This document shows positions 26,655 through 41,348 of a stretch of DNA of 64,000 bases, piece by piece (the first letter of the stretch is position 1; every line of letters begins with the position of its first letter). Location: NCBI GenBank assembly GCA_951406725.2, contig OX597822.1:108128001-108192000 (forward strand), in the 5' to 3' direction. The notes below the pieces were generated by a model that ran no database searches, had not been told where the DNA came from, and was given only the letters and a program-made list of their open reading frames with translations. The position numbers were made by a program, and so were the translations under genes. The DNA comes from Octopus vulgaris (lineage: Eukaryota).

Positions 26655-27020
26655 TTAATATTCCTGGCCCAGGGTGTTCAAACTTTGTCTAAATTTTTTG
26701 ATGAAATAAAGTTCTTTATTTTGGCGTTGCGTGAAGGTTACGCTCTCACTGAATTTGTAAAGTGGGTAAGTTGTAAATTTCGGATTTACATTTGCAGAAC
26801 ATCTATCTATGTGTCCGATGACCGGTATTTTCCGGTATTCAGGGTTTCTAATTTGTGATTTATGCACCGCCATCCTGTTACGTAAGCTTTTTTTTGTATG
26901 GCCTATATACTGCCTATTGCAGCCTGCGCATGTTAAGACGTAAATTAAGTTTTCTGATACACAGGTGAAGTTTGCTCTAATGGTGACGACGTGCTTCCAG
27001 TTTCCTTCTACCAAGTCCAT
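26655..27020 (-). pseudogene. PLE GIY-YIG endonuclease domain (5'-truncated)
   Basis: FTCVSENLIYVLTCAGCNRQYIGHTKKSLRNRMAVH...RQNKELYFIKKF..LN has the GIY-YIG signature with CxxC typical of PLEs. Confidence 0.9.
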
Positions 27021-27021
27021 T

Positions 27022-27121
27022 CAAAAAGCTTTGGTCGGCCCAAAGCTATAGTAGAAGGCATTTCCCCAAGGTGTCACGCAGTGGGAGTGAAGCTAAAACC
27101 ATAAAGTCACTCCTGCGCCTA
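27022..27121 (-). mobile_element. SINE family A 5' fragment
   Basis: gctttggtcggcccaaagctatagtagaag...cactcctgcgcct. Confidence 0.75.
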
Positions 27122-27173
27122 TATATGTGTATATATAGGTATATATATATGCATATATATATATTTATATATA

Positions 27174-27215
<42 letters not shown>

Positions 27216-27253
27216 TTTCATATATATATAACTATATATATATATATATTTTC

Positions 27254-27347
<94 letters not shown>

Positions 27348-27360
27348 TCATCTATATGTA

Positions 27361-29935
27361 TATAACTTAGATAACTTAGATATGTTTCAACCAAAGATTG
27401 GTCCAGGCCATGTCTTACTTAATAGCACCACCTGATAGGATTATCTGAATCCTGTTTAAGTCAAGTTTTGTTTATGGTACACTCAAGTAGTGAGTTTGTG
27501 TTGGGTGAGTTGTATCCAATTATGGGTGGCTTATCTGGTATTCCTTGAAGGAATCTATCCAGACTCTGTTTAAAGTTGATGGGATCCTTTTCCTCTTTGA
27601 TCTCCCTCGGGACCATGTTAAATAGGGCAGGGCCTGTTGAGGAAAAGAAATTATGTTGCATTGTACAAGTATGCTGTGATCTTGAATTGGGCAGGGGACG
27701 TATGGTCCGTGGTCCCAGTCTTTGATGAACCTTGAAGCTAATGTTCAGGTCGTTTGGGCAAAGTTGGCGGTATATTCTCCACATCGTGCAAAAGATGTAC
27801 CGCTCACGGCGACGCTGATGAGAGTAGAGTTTCAAGGCTTTAAGGCGATCCCAATAATCGAGAGCAGCCATGCCTTCAATTCGATTAGTGAGTGCCCTCT
27901 GGGGTGATTCAATCCTCGAGATGTTTTGTCTTGTATGGGGAGACAACAGTGGGAGGAGAAAAGTGGTATGATGACACCTTGTTCTCTGGACCGGAAAGTT
28001 CTTAAGATCCAGGAACTCATCCTACGAGCTATATCGACCTTATTGTTGATGTGTGCACTCCAACTGAGATCGTCATCAACAATTACACCCAGGTCTCTGA
28101 TATTGTTAGAGGCTGTGAGCGGTTCCCCTGAAGGAAGAGAGTATGGCTGTTTTAGTGAGGAATTTCTTCCAAAATGTATCAGCTCAAATTTTCCATCGTT
28201 CAGTTGCATTTTGTTTCTGTCTGCCCATTGACTCACAGCATATAGATCAGACTGGAGTTGAGTTCGGTCTGCTTCTTCATTGACTATTTGCTGGAGCTTA
28301 GTGTCATCAGCAAATATTTTCAATTTGCAGTAATGTACGACACTGGAAAGGTCGTTTATGTAAATTATAAAGAGTAGCGGGCCCAAGACAGTCCCCTAGG
28401 GGACACCGCTGGTGACCTTTGCTGGGCTTGAGTGTACTCCATCACCTACAGCATGTTGTGTTATATTCGCCAGGAAATACTTAATTCAGTGTAGAACTTT
28501 TCCACGAATTCCAACATTTGCCAATTTTGAGAGTAGGATATTATGGTCTACCCTGTCGAACGCTTTACTGAAGTCAAGATATATGACATCAGAGTTTGAA
28601 CCTGTTCTCAAGGCTTTGAGTATATATTCAATGTGGTGTAAGAGCTGTATTAGACAGTCCCTGCCACAGCGAAAGCCATGCTGATTTGCATTTAGGAGTT
28701 TGTGGGTCTCCAGGAAGTCAGCTATCCTTGATCTTAACACTCTTTCAAACACTTTAATGATGTGGGAGGTGAGTGAGATTGGGCGATAGTTGAGTGCGAG
28801 GGATCTGTTTCCCTGTTTGAAAACCGGGATGACTGACTGTGATAGAAACTGTTTTGGTATATAACCTGCGTCTAACGAATTTGTCGAGAGGATGGTCAGA
28901 GGGACTGCAAATTGGTGTCTACATTCCTTCAGGAGACTAGCGGGGAATCTATCAGGGCCTACGGCAGAGTAATGTTTGACCTCATTTATTGCTGCTACGA
29001 TGTCGGTGGCAGTGAAGGTTATGTCTGAGATTTTATGTTGGGAATCAACTTCGTTCGCTTCTCTTACGTCGATATCAGTGGGAACACTAAAGACAGAGCA
29101 GTATTGTTTCTGCAGTATTTCTGCCATTTCTTTAGCATCGTGTTGGGGAATGCCGTTATCATCAATCAATGGCCCAATGGGTGAGACAGTGGTTCTATGC
29201 TTATTTGCATAAGAATAGAACACTTTTGGGTTCTGTTTTATGTTTTTGATTATCCACTGTTCCTCCACAGCTGTTTGATTTTCAATGGAGGTTTTCATAT
29301 CGGTCTGCAGATGAAGTTTTTCCAGCTCTAGCCTTTTCATTGTTGTTGAATGTGGATGTTGTATGTGGGAATATTTTAATTGGTTGATTTTTTTTATTGA
29401 GTCTTTTGATGTACCTGATGAGTGTTTGTTTTTCTTTTTAGGGAGCGGGTTTCTGTTTGTGCTAGTAGATTTTGTGGGAGCGTGTTTAGAGCATGTATGG
29501 GTGACACTGTTCACAAAGTTCTGCTATGCGGTCTCAATATGGGTGGAATTGTGAGTAAAAGACCAGTCTATGAAAGACAGATCCTTTCTGATTGCTCTCC
29601 AGTCCGCTTTGTGGACGTTTATGTTATCAAATGAGTGCCATGGAGTGGGATTGGCTGGTATGGTTTTTATATGTCGGGAATTAACATTGCAGAGTACCAT
29701 GTCATGGTCTGAGAGGAGAGTTTTTCCAACTGAAATACTGTGAACGAAGCTAGAGTGATTGGTCAATACCAGATCCAAGACCGTTTTATTCCGTCTCGTT
29801 GGTTCGAGCACTAGCTGACTTAGGAAGAATTCATCCATTAGATTAAAGAGCAGTTCTGCTGCTGCTCTGTCTGATGTAGAGCATTTGCTTAACTTCAGAG
29901 CATTTGTGGGCCAGTTCACATGAGGGAGGTTTAAA
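27361..29935 (-). mobile_element. 5'-truncated CR1-like LINE (APE C-terminus and RT), frameshifted, inserted in (TA)n
   Basis: LDLVLTN, SDH (endonuclease); NYRPISLTS, QHGFR, YLDFSKAFDRVDH, GPLLFIIYIND, FADDTK (RT); 3' tail (TATCTAAGT)n. Confidence 0.95.
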
Positions 29936-29982
29936 TGTATATATATATATATACTTACGTATATATATTTACATATATATGA

Positions 29983-30039
<57 letters not shown>

Positions 30040-30066
30040 CATATATATGTATATATATATATATAT

Positions 30067-30103
<37 letters not shown>

Positions 30104-30144
30104 GTACACACACACACACACATATATATATACATATATATATA

Positions 30145-30201
<57 letters not shown>

Positions 30202-30596
30202 TAGGTGTACGAACGCAAATTTTTTACTGACATTGATAAGAGATGTATGCTGATAGACAAGGAATTCCCAAATCAGTTACTGCTGTGTCAATAGATACTA
30301 CAATTCATGAATGTACTTTAAAAATACTAAGATTTTCTTTAAAGAATTTGAACGTTATGTGGTTTTTGCAAAGATTTGTTTTCAGTATATTTTCCATATT
30401 TACGCTATACACTCTATCTACACACATGAGCAGAAGCGTGAGTTACTGTCTAGGTGTGTATTTAACAGTTTAGAATTGTTATAGAAATTCAGTCTTGAAA
30501 TGGCAGTTATTATTTACTGAACATTTGCTCTTAGTGCAATACAATCGGTCACAGGGTGAAAATGTAAATAGATGTGAAGCAAAGCAGCAGTAGCGC

Positions 30597-30682
<86 letters not shown>

Positions 30683-33589
30683 TGTGTGTATATGTATGTA
30701 TACGCTGTATGATAAATACCAACTTCATTTTATGAAAAATTATTGATTCTTTACAAATACTAAGTTCTACACACTTCGAGTTATAAATACATGACATATT
30801 TACTTTCAATCAAATGGCCAATGAGTATAGACGAGCATATATATATATATATATATACATGCATATATACATCTATATATGTACGCATATGTGCCTACAA
30901 ATATATGCGTATATACATATGCATCCATCCATTCATCTATCTATCACTCCCGGTCTATGAATATCTCTACCCATATACACACACTTCTATATACATATCT
31001 AGAATAAAATAATATTTACATATATTTTCACTACTAAATCAAACCGAATTTGAGAGTCGCTGACTCAGACAGATTTTACTTCATGTTACTTATCATACAA
31101 ATAATATATGTATGTACTTCTGTAAGGAAACATCAAAACCAATGACCTTTTTTTATCTACTGCTATTTATGGAAGAGCAAAGCCAGAAATCATTACAATA
31201 TAGATAGACTTACATTATGCTATGGGTCCTCAAGGAAATATATCAAGGCGAAGTTAATGAAGACGTGTTAGAGATATATATATTTAGATATATTTTGAGT
31301 GATATTGTTCATGGTACATACTTGGACGAGCTCCAAATCTTTATTGTCTCAGGTCTAACCTTGTCTCGTATTTCATTCGTCATTTGTCACTAAAATAATG
31401 GAGGAAAGTGTTCAGCAGTATAATGTTATAAAACATGCTCTATTACAAGTAGAGACTCCCTTACTCGTTCCCAATGTTTATATTAAAGTCTTTGTAATAT
31501 ATCATGAGGTCACTCCCATTTCTCCTGTTCCAGAGAAGACACTTGTGCCCTGTATTTAAATGACCAGTACGTTCGATAGCGATATGCAAAACAACGTTAA
31601 TCTGTAACTACTGCATCATACAATCTACATTAATTACTTAAAATTTCTTTATAGCGTATTTATTAATGTTCATATATCATCCAACAATTTTTCCTGAATT
31701 TCCATTAAGTAGATGCATAAAGACTGAGTTACTTTAAATAGCGTTAATCTAATAAATCCGGAAGGTCAGAGTTCAGAAAATATAATACATAAGTAGTGAA
31801 GGGATTAAGTAGTGTTATTTAGATATAGATGTGTTAATGAAACAACCAGTGTTATTCAAATGATTGATTCTACATTTCTGCGTCTGAAAGTTTATTGATA
31901 TTTTAATGGGTCACTTATGCTATGCCGGGAGATGAAAATTTTTTACTCAGTATCCTCAAACAATTTAAGTATACATATTTTAGTTTTCTGTATGTAAAAC
32001 CATGAAATAAACTTAAGGTGGAATTAAAATATTAATTGTTTTAGCGAAAATATATATAATGTATACATCCCATATCACCCTATTGACAATTTTGTCAGTC
32101 GTAAAGTAAATGCCATTACGCGGGACTGAAACAAGTGTAATTTTAGAAGACCGGTTCAGTGTCCTCTACAAATCTGTCCTAGATAATGGTGTTAAAAACC
32201 GTTCCGTCCTCAAATCTGAAATTGTATATAATTACATAGGCGAAAGTAAATAACTTTAAGTGGGATATGTGCACTCTGGTGTAGCGTGGTTCTCGCTGTT
32301 ATGAACTGCAAATAATTTATATGAGGTCATCTCAGTAGATGACCATACCTTAAAATATCTATTAACTACGTTTACATATCAGAGCGTGAGTTACGCTTTT
32401 CTTTTATTAGGATCACGTATTCAACCATAAGCTCAGTTTTCTTCATAAGGTAATTTATCACTTTTTTTCTTTCTACTTTTCTTCATTTCTTTACCTCAGT
32501 CCTATATTCTTTATAGTTTATCTTTAGATCACAGATTTCTAAAATACATTTTGCACTATCTCTTTTTCACTATCTTTTCAATCAAACTAGTTCATTTATG
32601 TCACACTCAGTGTAATTAAAAGCATTTTTCTATGCAAAACATTTAACCAAGGTTACTTCCCAGACAATTGAGTATGAATTTCCGTCAATTTGATATTTCT
32701 CAACTGTGTTACTTTTCTCCTTATTAATGTAGCATATATACTTAGAAGATATTTTTCTTCCTTGACTTTAACATAATGTTGTTTTCTATATAATATTTTA
32801 TTTTAATATTCTTCGATTTTATCTTACATATATTCTATTTATAACTTTACTTGCATTTTTATATTTGAATATGTACCTTTGCGGTTATATTCTATAGTTT
32901 ACATTGTATAACTGATGAGTTATGTATGCCAATCAATTTCTTTATATTGAATTTGATTTTCATTCAATTTAAAATCGCTTACTTATATTTTACTTTTCTC
33001 TTTATTATAGAATCGTCTATTTATACGATATTTTTTACATTCCCATTCACGTTATTCTGTACTCTATATTTTTAAATATGACATTATTTCTATCCTATTC
33101 AAATTTACTTTAATGTGTCTTATATTTAAATGTTTATCTTCTATTTAAAATATTACTTTTCGCTTTTCATATTTTAAAATGTATACTTATAGGCGCCTTC
33201 TATGTTTAATGCCTTAGAATTGGGTTGGACTGAATAAATATCACAAACTATTAGTAACACTATGATATCTTTATTATATGATAATTGATATTTCTTAATT
33301 GTGTTACTTTTCTCATTATTAATGGTAGATTAATAATTAGGTTTATAGAGAGACACGTTGGTCACTAGTTAAGTATAGAGACAGAAGGATAGTTTGTTAC
33401 AAAGATGTATGTGTCCGTACATATGTGTATGCATAATTTTGCAATAAATTCTTGGGCATACTAGTATATAGTTTAACACTATTCAGCATTTGCCCTATAA
33501 TGTGTGATTCACTGTTCGTGTATATATTTCTCTCGATGTATTTGTGCGTACGAACACAAACACGCGCACGCACAAATTCGTATATAGAT

Positions 33590-33769
33590 TTACAAAATGC
33601 TTGTGGGTATTAAACTGTACATCGAAGACCGGTGTATAATTAAAAAGCAGGTTTATTATTTTGACGATCGGGAAAGTGAGAGAGCCCTTTATGTTTCGAG
33701 CCAAAGTTCTTCAACAAAAAGGAACACGAGGAAGTAGACAGAGAGAATAAAAACATTGTGTATTTAGTG

Positions 33770-33770
<1 letters not shown>
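33590..33770 (-). mobile_element. Short repeat with minimal HHR-like motif (family of 43185-43487)
   Basis: Minus strand 33722-33685 reads ccttt TTGTTGA a gaac tttg gctc GAAA ca TA aaggg. Confidence 0.55.
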
Positions 33771-33816
<46 letters not shown>

Positions 33817-33818
<2 letters not shown>

Positions 33819-34088
33819 CATTTCATCTACTTTCAGCTCACGAGCTGTTGCCATGCTGGGGCACCACCATTCGGTGTTGCTACATGATTTTACTTCACGA
33901 ATGCTTTTTAGCAAATGACATTTAGTGCATGAGAGAGTTTGATGCAGCTGCCCTCATCTGCACCTCCTGCCGTGAAGTTGGTTCATTAGGGACACCTGAC
34001 AGAAAGAGACCCAACTTTATTTTGAAGACATCTGCATCCACCCCATGCAGGTCTCTCGGGTCCTTCGGGAGGATATTGAAGAGCTGAA
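33817..34088 (-). mobile_element. CR1-like LINE 3' end fragment (second family)
   Basis: LQLFNILPKDPRDLHGVDADVFKIKLGLFLSGVPNEP..AASNSL is homologous to the C-terminus of the LINE at 27461. Confidence 0.75.
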
Positions 34089-34094
34089 GAAAGA

Positions 34095-34391
34095 TACTGT
34101 AACGATATGTGCCGTTATCGATATAGCTTGCCCAGGTGATCATTACTTCAATGATAAAGAGAAAATCGTTTGAAAGTGCAGACTCGAGAATATATGTGAA
34201 GGGAATGTGAAATCTAAAGGCAAGAGTAGTGCCATTTGTGATTGTAAAACATGAGTCGGCAACAAAACAAAAAGTCTTCGGAAACATATTTGACACAATT
34301 GGAATCTTCTCCATCATTGCGGCATTGCATTGCAAAAGACATCGGCTTTAGGAACAGAGTTTAAAATGCCGCGGAAATACTGTCTATCTGA
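34095..34391 (+). mobile_element. R4/Dong-like non-LTR remnant (restriction-like endonuclease C-terminus)
   Basis: CAVIDIACPGD..KEK, RVVPFVI, LQKTSALGT. Confidence 0.65.
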
Positions 34392-35488
34392 CATTACATA
34401 AATTGACAGTTCGTAAGTTGAACGATCCAGTCCTGCGTTTACCACATCAACACCATCTTTCAGAAATATCTTTCTATGTATAAAGATGGTGAATTTAGTC
34501 AGAAATATCTATAGATAAAGCCGGTGAGTCCGGTCATAACCGCGTCTCAGATCCTAAGTATTTTCGTGTTCACATCGATTCAAATTCTAGATACTTCTAT
34601 TTTTCACCCAAAAAGCTATTCGACCACCGTGAACTTTCTCCGCCACATACCGAGCTGCATGTACATCTTAAAAATGGCTCTCACAGTTTGCATTTCTTTT
34701 CCTAGAGTGTCTGATACAAGATGATCCACTCGGTATATGAGTAATCGAAATATACATACATATGCATGTATGTACACATACTTACATATACACACACATA
34801 TGTTTGTGTAAGCATAAGAGTGCGCACACGTGATTGTGTGTGCGCCTGTCTGTGAACGTTTATATGAATTTTGGATGTGATTTAAAAATTTCCTTCTATA
34901 GTTCGTAAAAGCAGCTCACACCTCACACACATTCGCTCAAGCAAATGCACATGTACATACATATAACCCTTAAAATGTGTATATGAGAGCGTCTATGTGT
35001 TTATGAAAGTATTTGTATATCTCAGTCGCCCACTTTCCTTTGTATGTTTACACAACACCCTCCTTGCGAGTGGCCTCTCAATCCTACTTAAACGGACTAA
35101 AGTATTCCGACGCTGTCATATTTCAACAATCATTCTGTTGCTCCCTTTAGCTATAATGTTCTCAGCTGCTGACAACGAATTTACTCAAGCTAGACATTAT
35201 TTATTGATTTTCGCCTTATAGAATTACAACGATGTAGTTTCATTTTCGTGGAATACTTAAGCAAAAATATAAAAAAAAAAGATGAAAAAAAAATTTAATA
35301 TTTGGTCACATATTCCTACCACTTTCTGTTATTCTTTATACGTTCGACAGTAAATACTGGCAGTTTACTCTGTAATAGTAAAGCATAGTTATTACATTGC
35401 AATATTTTGTTAATATCTGTGTACATAGATCCGGGCATATTCTGCCTGAACGAGAATCACATAGCAAACAGTTTCGGTACTGACTTAT

Positions 35489-35765
<277 letters not shown>

Positions 35766-36030
35766 TTTTTACTTCATATTGTTTTTAGTGTAATGTTATA
35801 TTACTTGTTTAATATCTGGTTAGATATTCTGAAAACAAAATATCAAATAGAAACCATCTAAGCAGGATTTCCCTATCGCTCTAAAATCCACATGTCATTA
35901 GTCATTAACTCTTGTTTTCCATAATCTTCTCCCAGATATATACAGTCGTATTATTGCCTTTTTCTTTTTTAATTGGTGTTACTGAAATATCACACGCGCG
36001 CACTTACGCAGATACACAGACAAACACATA

Positions 36031-36069
<39 letters not shown>

Positions 36070-37494
36070 TCTGTGTATATATATTTATATATATATATAT
36101 ATATATATCTGTGTGTGTATGCATAAATATATATACAAGGCTATTTTACTTTAAATTGATATGTATAAAGGGAGGGTAAAGTTGGATGTAACTGTTCTCA
36201 TTAAGAAAGCAACTACTCTATAAATATGAAAGGAGAATTTATATCGTGAAAGATTTCATGAGAGACTTAAATTAATCCTACGGACATCGAAACTTCTAGA
36301 TATATATTTTTCTTAGTTTTACTTTTTCCCGTCGTGTTATTTATGGCTTAGTTTGCAACATGTCTGTTGACATTTAGAAGTAAAATTGGAATTGCTAAAA
36401 GCAGTAATATTTTAACTCCCCGTTAGCTCCTTTTTCATATAAAACAAGCATTATTTTCTGTTTGTTTCAAATAGGATCTCCAGGTCCATAGATATTCAGA
36501 ATTTATATGAGCGTTCGTATCTTAGTATACAGTATAATAATCCTTTCAAAATTTAATGCAGCAGTTTCTGTCAACGAGAATAATAATCAAACTGAAAACC
36601 AAAAAACTGATTAAGAACTGAAAACAACAATATTTTGTATCAATTTACATGATGTAATATGAGGATAGCTAAAATATCGTAATGGCTAATACTATTACTA
36701 TCTATCTTCGTTGTATCTCATAATATCAGTTTACTTCTCATTATATCTCTTAGAATGAAAATAATCAGAGAGATTATTTATACAACAACCTTACCAGATA
36801 CCATTTCAAATCCAGCAGCTTTAAAAACATAGATTTACAACCTCAGATATAAAAAGAGTGTGCTCATCGCATTAAATCTCAAGCGTACGTTTTAGGCTTA
36901 ATATTAATGTTATGTGCATTGGGGGAAACTGGAACCTTAACACATGTAAACTATAACCACTGCACCGATGCAAGCTTCAAGATTTTTCAATGCAAGATCA
37001 GTATAGTGTCCACTTATATATACATATATCTAGATTCATGGAATTTTAAAAATAACCTATATATACTTACACAGAGGACTTTGAGAAAAAATTTAACCCT
37101 AAGAAAAATATCAAAAGTAAACCTTAATTTGAGGGAAAACAGAGTATTTCACTACTGCTTGTACACCTCTAAGTATTACTTTAAATATAATATCCTTTTT
37201 TTTCTCATAGTAGACATATGCGTGCATATGTCACTGACATGGCTCGTATTGCTAAACATTGTGTCTATGAATACAAGTAGAATGTCTCTATTCCATTTAT
37301 ATTGTGCTTAAATTATATATATGACTAAAGATTATGTACACGATAAGTGCGAGTACGCACATATCAAACCCCATGCATAAACACACACATATGTTTAGAC
37401 ACACACGCATACACACACACGTGGTTGTGCGAGTGCAGAGAGAGAGATAAGGAAGGGGAGGGGTGGAAGGAGAGAAAGTAAGGCTGATAGTTTG

Positions 37495-37775
37495 TGGTAG
37501 ATTTGGCACGTGGAAACTGAAAAAGCCCCTATTTATATATGTATATATTTCCGTGTGTGTGTGTATATGAGCCTGTGTTACTTCTTCCACCGATTGGCAA
37601 CCTGTGTTCGCGTGTTTACGTCACCTTAATCTAGCCGTGCGGTTAAATATACCAGTAGAATGCGTATTAGGCTTGTAAAACATGTCCTGGGATCGATTTG
37701 TTGCACGAAGGAAACTTCCAAGGCGGTGCCCCAGCATGGTCACAGTCAAATGATTGAAACAAGTAGAAGGTAAAA
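37495..37775 (+). mobile_element. Diverged SINE family A
   Basis: ggaaactgaaaaagccc...aaggcggtgccccagcatggtcacagtcaaatgattgaaacaagta. Confidence 0.75.
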
Positions 37776-38009
37776 AGGTATATATCCATATATACACTTT
37801 CATAAATACATACATACATACATACATACAAACACACATAGATATGTATTTATCGATGTGTACAATATTATATGTCCATAACGGCCGATCTTACCTCTAA
37901 GTGTACTAAGGGTACAACGGAATATTAGATTATATATATCTCTGCCCTTTATAGAAGCCATTATGGAATGAAATATGGTGACTACTCTCGATTGCTGGAG
38001 GTGAATAGA

Positions 38010-38950
38010 CACAGCCGGTTTGTGGTTGCCGTGAAAACGATGATGGAACAAATCGAGCAGGGAATCAAGTTAAGAGTTATGTCCCTTGGTATCAAAACAA
38101 CATCTCTTACGGGAGAGGGGTGTTAGGTTGTTGCCGGTTGGACAAAGTCTTCTGGGAAAGAGTGTGTGGGAAGTGAGGGTATTTTTAAGGTTAGTTTTCT
38201 TATGGAAATGGAATGTGCGTAGCGATACTACATGTATGGTGGTGGTGGTATGTTCGTGAATGTGTTGCCTTTCTTTTGTGTTTTGGTTAAATTCGTGAGG
38301 CATTTATGTATGGATGAGATGTGTGTAGGGGTATAATATGTGCGGGCGCTAATATTGGCAGTCATGGAAAAGTCTATTGCGTAGGTGGCCGTCGTACAGA
38401 GCCGTGTGTGTTTATTTGTGGGAACGTTAGTGTATGATCTGGTCAAACTCTTTGCTGGACTCCATAATACCTGGGTCCCCCACCAATACCTGCAAGTCCG
38501 GCATATATTTGACCAGAACATACACTAACTCACCCAGAAAAACACACACGCTCCAGCACTGCGGACACCCACCCAATAGCATTTTTACCACTACACCTAA
38601 TATAAGGTCGCACAAATATTGTATCCCTACACGCACCGCATGCATATATAAATGACCAAAGCTTTTAAACAAAACTTAAAAGAATGGAAACACACTAAGG
38701 AACATAGATGTATATATCACCGTCCATCACCGCAAAGGCTATACATATCGTACCACTAGATACATTCTATTTCCACAAGAACACTTACCTTAAAGACTCA
38801 CACATGTTGCACACTCTCTTTTCTAGAAAACTCTTGCTGACATGCAACAAAACTACACCCAGAAACGATGTTTTTGATACCAATGGACTTCACTTTTAAC
38901 TTAATCTGCTGCTTGATTCATTTCAACAACATTTTCATAGAAATAGCAGC
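38010..38950. repeat. Long imperfect inverted repeat (about 450-bp arms, about 30-nt loop centred near 38478)
   Basis: gttagtgtatgatctggtcaaa..gctggact pairs with agtccggc..tttgaccagaacatacactaac; ttggtatcaaaa pairs with ttttgataccaa. Confidence 0.8.
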
Positions 38951-39923
38951 CAAAAGTTCCTGAATTCTTAAGAGATTGGTATATGTTTGATCAGCGTGGT
39001 CGTTCATGCGCAAGATCCGAAGACAAGACGGGATATTCACAAATGTAAAAACTGTGGTTACATGCTTACTCAATGAGAGCTGAGCTGTGACAACTAAATA
39101 ACAAGAGATACTACTAATATATAACAAATTCCTTGTCTTTGGTGCATAAATATACATTCTATACACACTTATTGCATACATGGAAGCAACATACAAGTCA
39201 ACTATGAAATATATATTTTAGAAAAAAAGCATCAAATTCAGAAAATTTCTGTCTTACCAAAACATAGCATTGGACAACGACAAAAGTTCGCCAGGTGAAA
39301 TATAATACACAGTTGTTTTAATTTTTATTGTATAAGATCACGAACGTAAAAGATATATGATTTGCTTCAATGAATTTGTTTTTAAAGATTATCATCTAAA
39401 ATAGATTCTGTATAAACTTATTTGGAACCTTCCCAATTTGCCGACAGTTATATGTACTATGAAAATATAGAAATCAAATCCGAAATATATTGAAGTAAAG
39501 CAGCATTGTGTAAATAGATAAAACATTATCAAGAAGAAGTATATTAAAAAGTATATCGTTAGTTCATATTCAGTTCAAAGTAAATAAAGTAAATAAAGTA
39601 AATAAATGATTTATTAGTGAGAGACGTACAGGAAAAATATATGCGGTTTATTATTTAATGTATATTTTCCTGAGTCGCATAAAGAGGAAAATATATAATG
39701 CTATAATCGAGTGAAGAATACAATACACAATAGTGACAATGAAATTTTTTTAAAAAAGTAAATGCTATCGTTTAGTAAAACGTATTCGCAATGAAACGTA
39801 ACATCTTTTGATTCTGACAGAAAAAATAGCCAGTAGCTGGGGCAACGAACATTTCTTCAACGGTTTAAAGAGAAACATTGCAGGAAGCACAAGATTATTT
39901 TCTTCATACATATACAAGGCAGG

Positions 39924-39961
<38 letters not shown>

Positions 39962-40070
39962 AGTCTATCTCGTAAATGTATTGAAAACGTTGTTTGGGTT
40001 CATATTATTATTTAATTATACGTATGCATATATACATATACATATACACATATATATATATGTGTGTGTG

Positions 40071-40118
<48 letters not shown>

Positions 40119-40437
40119 AATATTAATATCATTTCAGAGTGTGTATGTATAAATGTATGTGTATGTATTATACACTCATGTCTGTGTGTGCGTGAGTGCG
40201 TGCGTGTGTATGTGTTAACACGTTTGTATGAATGTATGTGTGTATACTCTATATATAACCATGGACGTTGTACTTTCACACGTTTGCTCTACAACAGCAC
40301 AGTTTTTGTAACTTTATCATAGTTTTGCATTGATATATTGATTGGAACTGGTCTACTGAAACTGTATTGCGTTTAGACACAAACACTTGTATATATATAT
40401 ATATATATACATATATAAATAATTGTATATATATACA

Positions 40438-40492
<55 letters not shown>

Positions 40493-40794
40493 CATATATA
40501 TATATCCATAAGACGTATAGTACCTCCTGCTCTGTGTCTCGTTAAAACGTCGAAAAAATATTCATTGCAGTCGTTACTATTTTGCCGTCTGTATTAAATG
40601 CTGCTGTTATATTTTATTGCAAATATATTTTACTAAACGCTATTACATTTTTTACTTCTTAATATTCCTTTCTGTTTTTTTGCCTTTTAATTTCTCCGTT
40701 CAACTTTTTCTCATGACTTATCGCAGTATAGTTCTTTTATGATGGAAAAAAATCTACATTTATTAATAATAACTCACATATTTTTCGTGTAAGT

Positions 40795-41010
40795 TATATT
40801 GATTTCAAATTTTGGAACACGGCCAATATTTTCAGAGAAGTGGCTCAGCGGATTATATCCACCCCAGTATTCAACTTGCGCTTTTTTTACCGACCCCAAA
40901 AGGGACAGAATTCAAAATCGATCTCGGCAGAATTCAAACTTAGTATTTAAACCTGGGCGAAATGCTGCTAAGCATTTTTCCCGGCGAGCTAATGATTCTG
41001 CCATCTCGTC
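40795..41010 (-). mobile_element. Diverged SINE family C
   Basis: tgctaagcatttttcccggcgagctaatgattctgcca is the reverse complement of the family C head. Confidence 0.7.
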
Positions 41011-41049
41011 CCCTGTATTTCATTGTTAATATTAAAACTTATCCCAACA

Positions 41050-41250
41050 CAGCGAGCTGGCAGAATCGTTACCACTCCGGGCAAAAGTCTTAGCGGCATT
41101 TAGTCTATCTCTGTGTTCTGATCTCGAATGCCGCCGGGGGCGACATTGCCTTTCAGCCCTCGAAGTCGATAGAATAAGTAGCTGTCGAGTACTGGTGTCG
41201 ACGTAATCAAATTTCCGCCTTCCTCAAAATTTCAGGCCTTGTGCCTATGA
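41050..41250 (+). mobile_element. Diverged SINE family C
   Basis: gcgagctggcagaatcgttacc...ttgcctttcagcccttcgaagtcgata...ggccttgtgcc. Confidence 0.75.
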
Positions 41251-41348
41251 AAGTGAAGAATGAGATGGAGCGATGAAGAAAGTACGGATGATAAGGACCA
41301 GTTGATAATACAGAAGTATGTGTTTCAAAATTTTTTTTTAATATTTTT

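Larger units (their letters stand above)
25489..27020 (-). mobile_element. Penelope-like element 3' portion (GIY-YIG endonuclease, repetitive 3' region, degenerate HHR)
   Basis: GIY-YIG ORF at 26655-27020; HHR-like motif at 25535-25583 (ttgatat ggttc..gaacc GAAA catg TA aaatt); ends at (TA)n. Confidence 0.75.

Noticed and set aside
31200-31560. Possible Merlin/IS1595-like transposase remnant
   Set aside because: Only vague motif similarity by eye; it needs a profile search.
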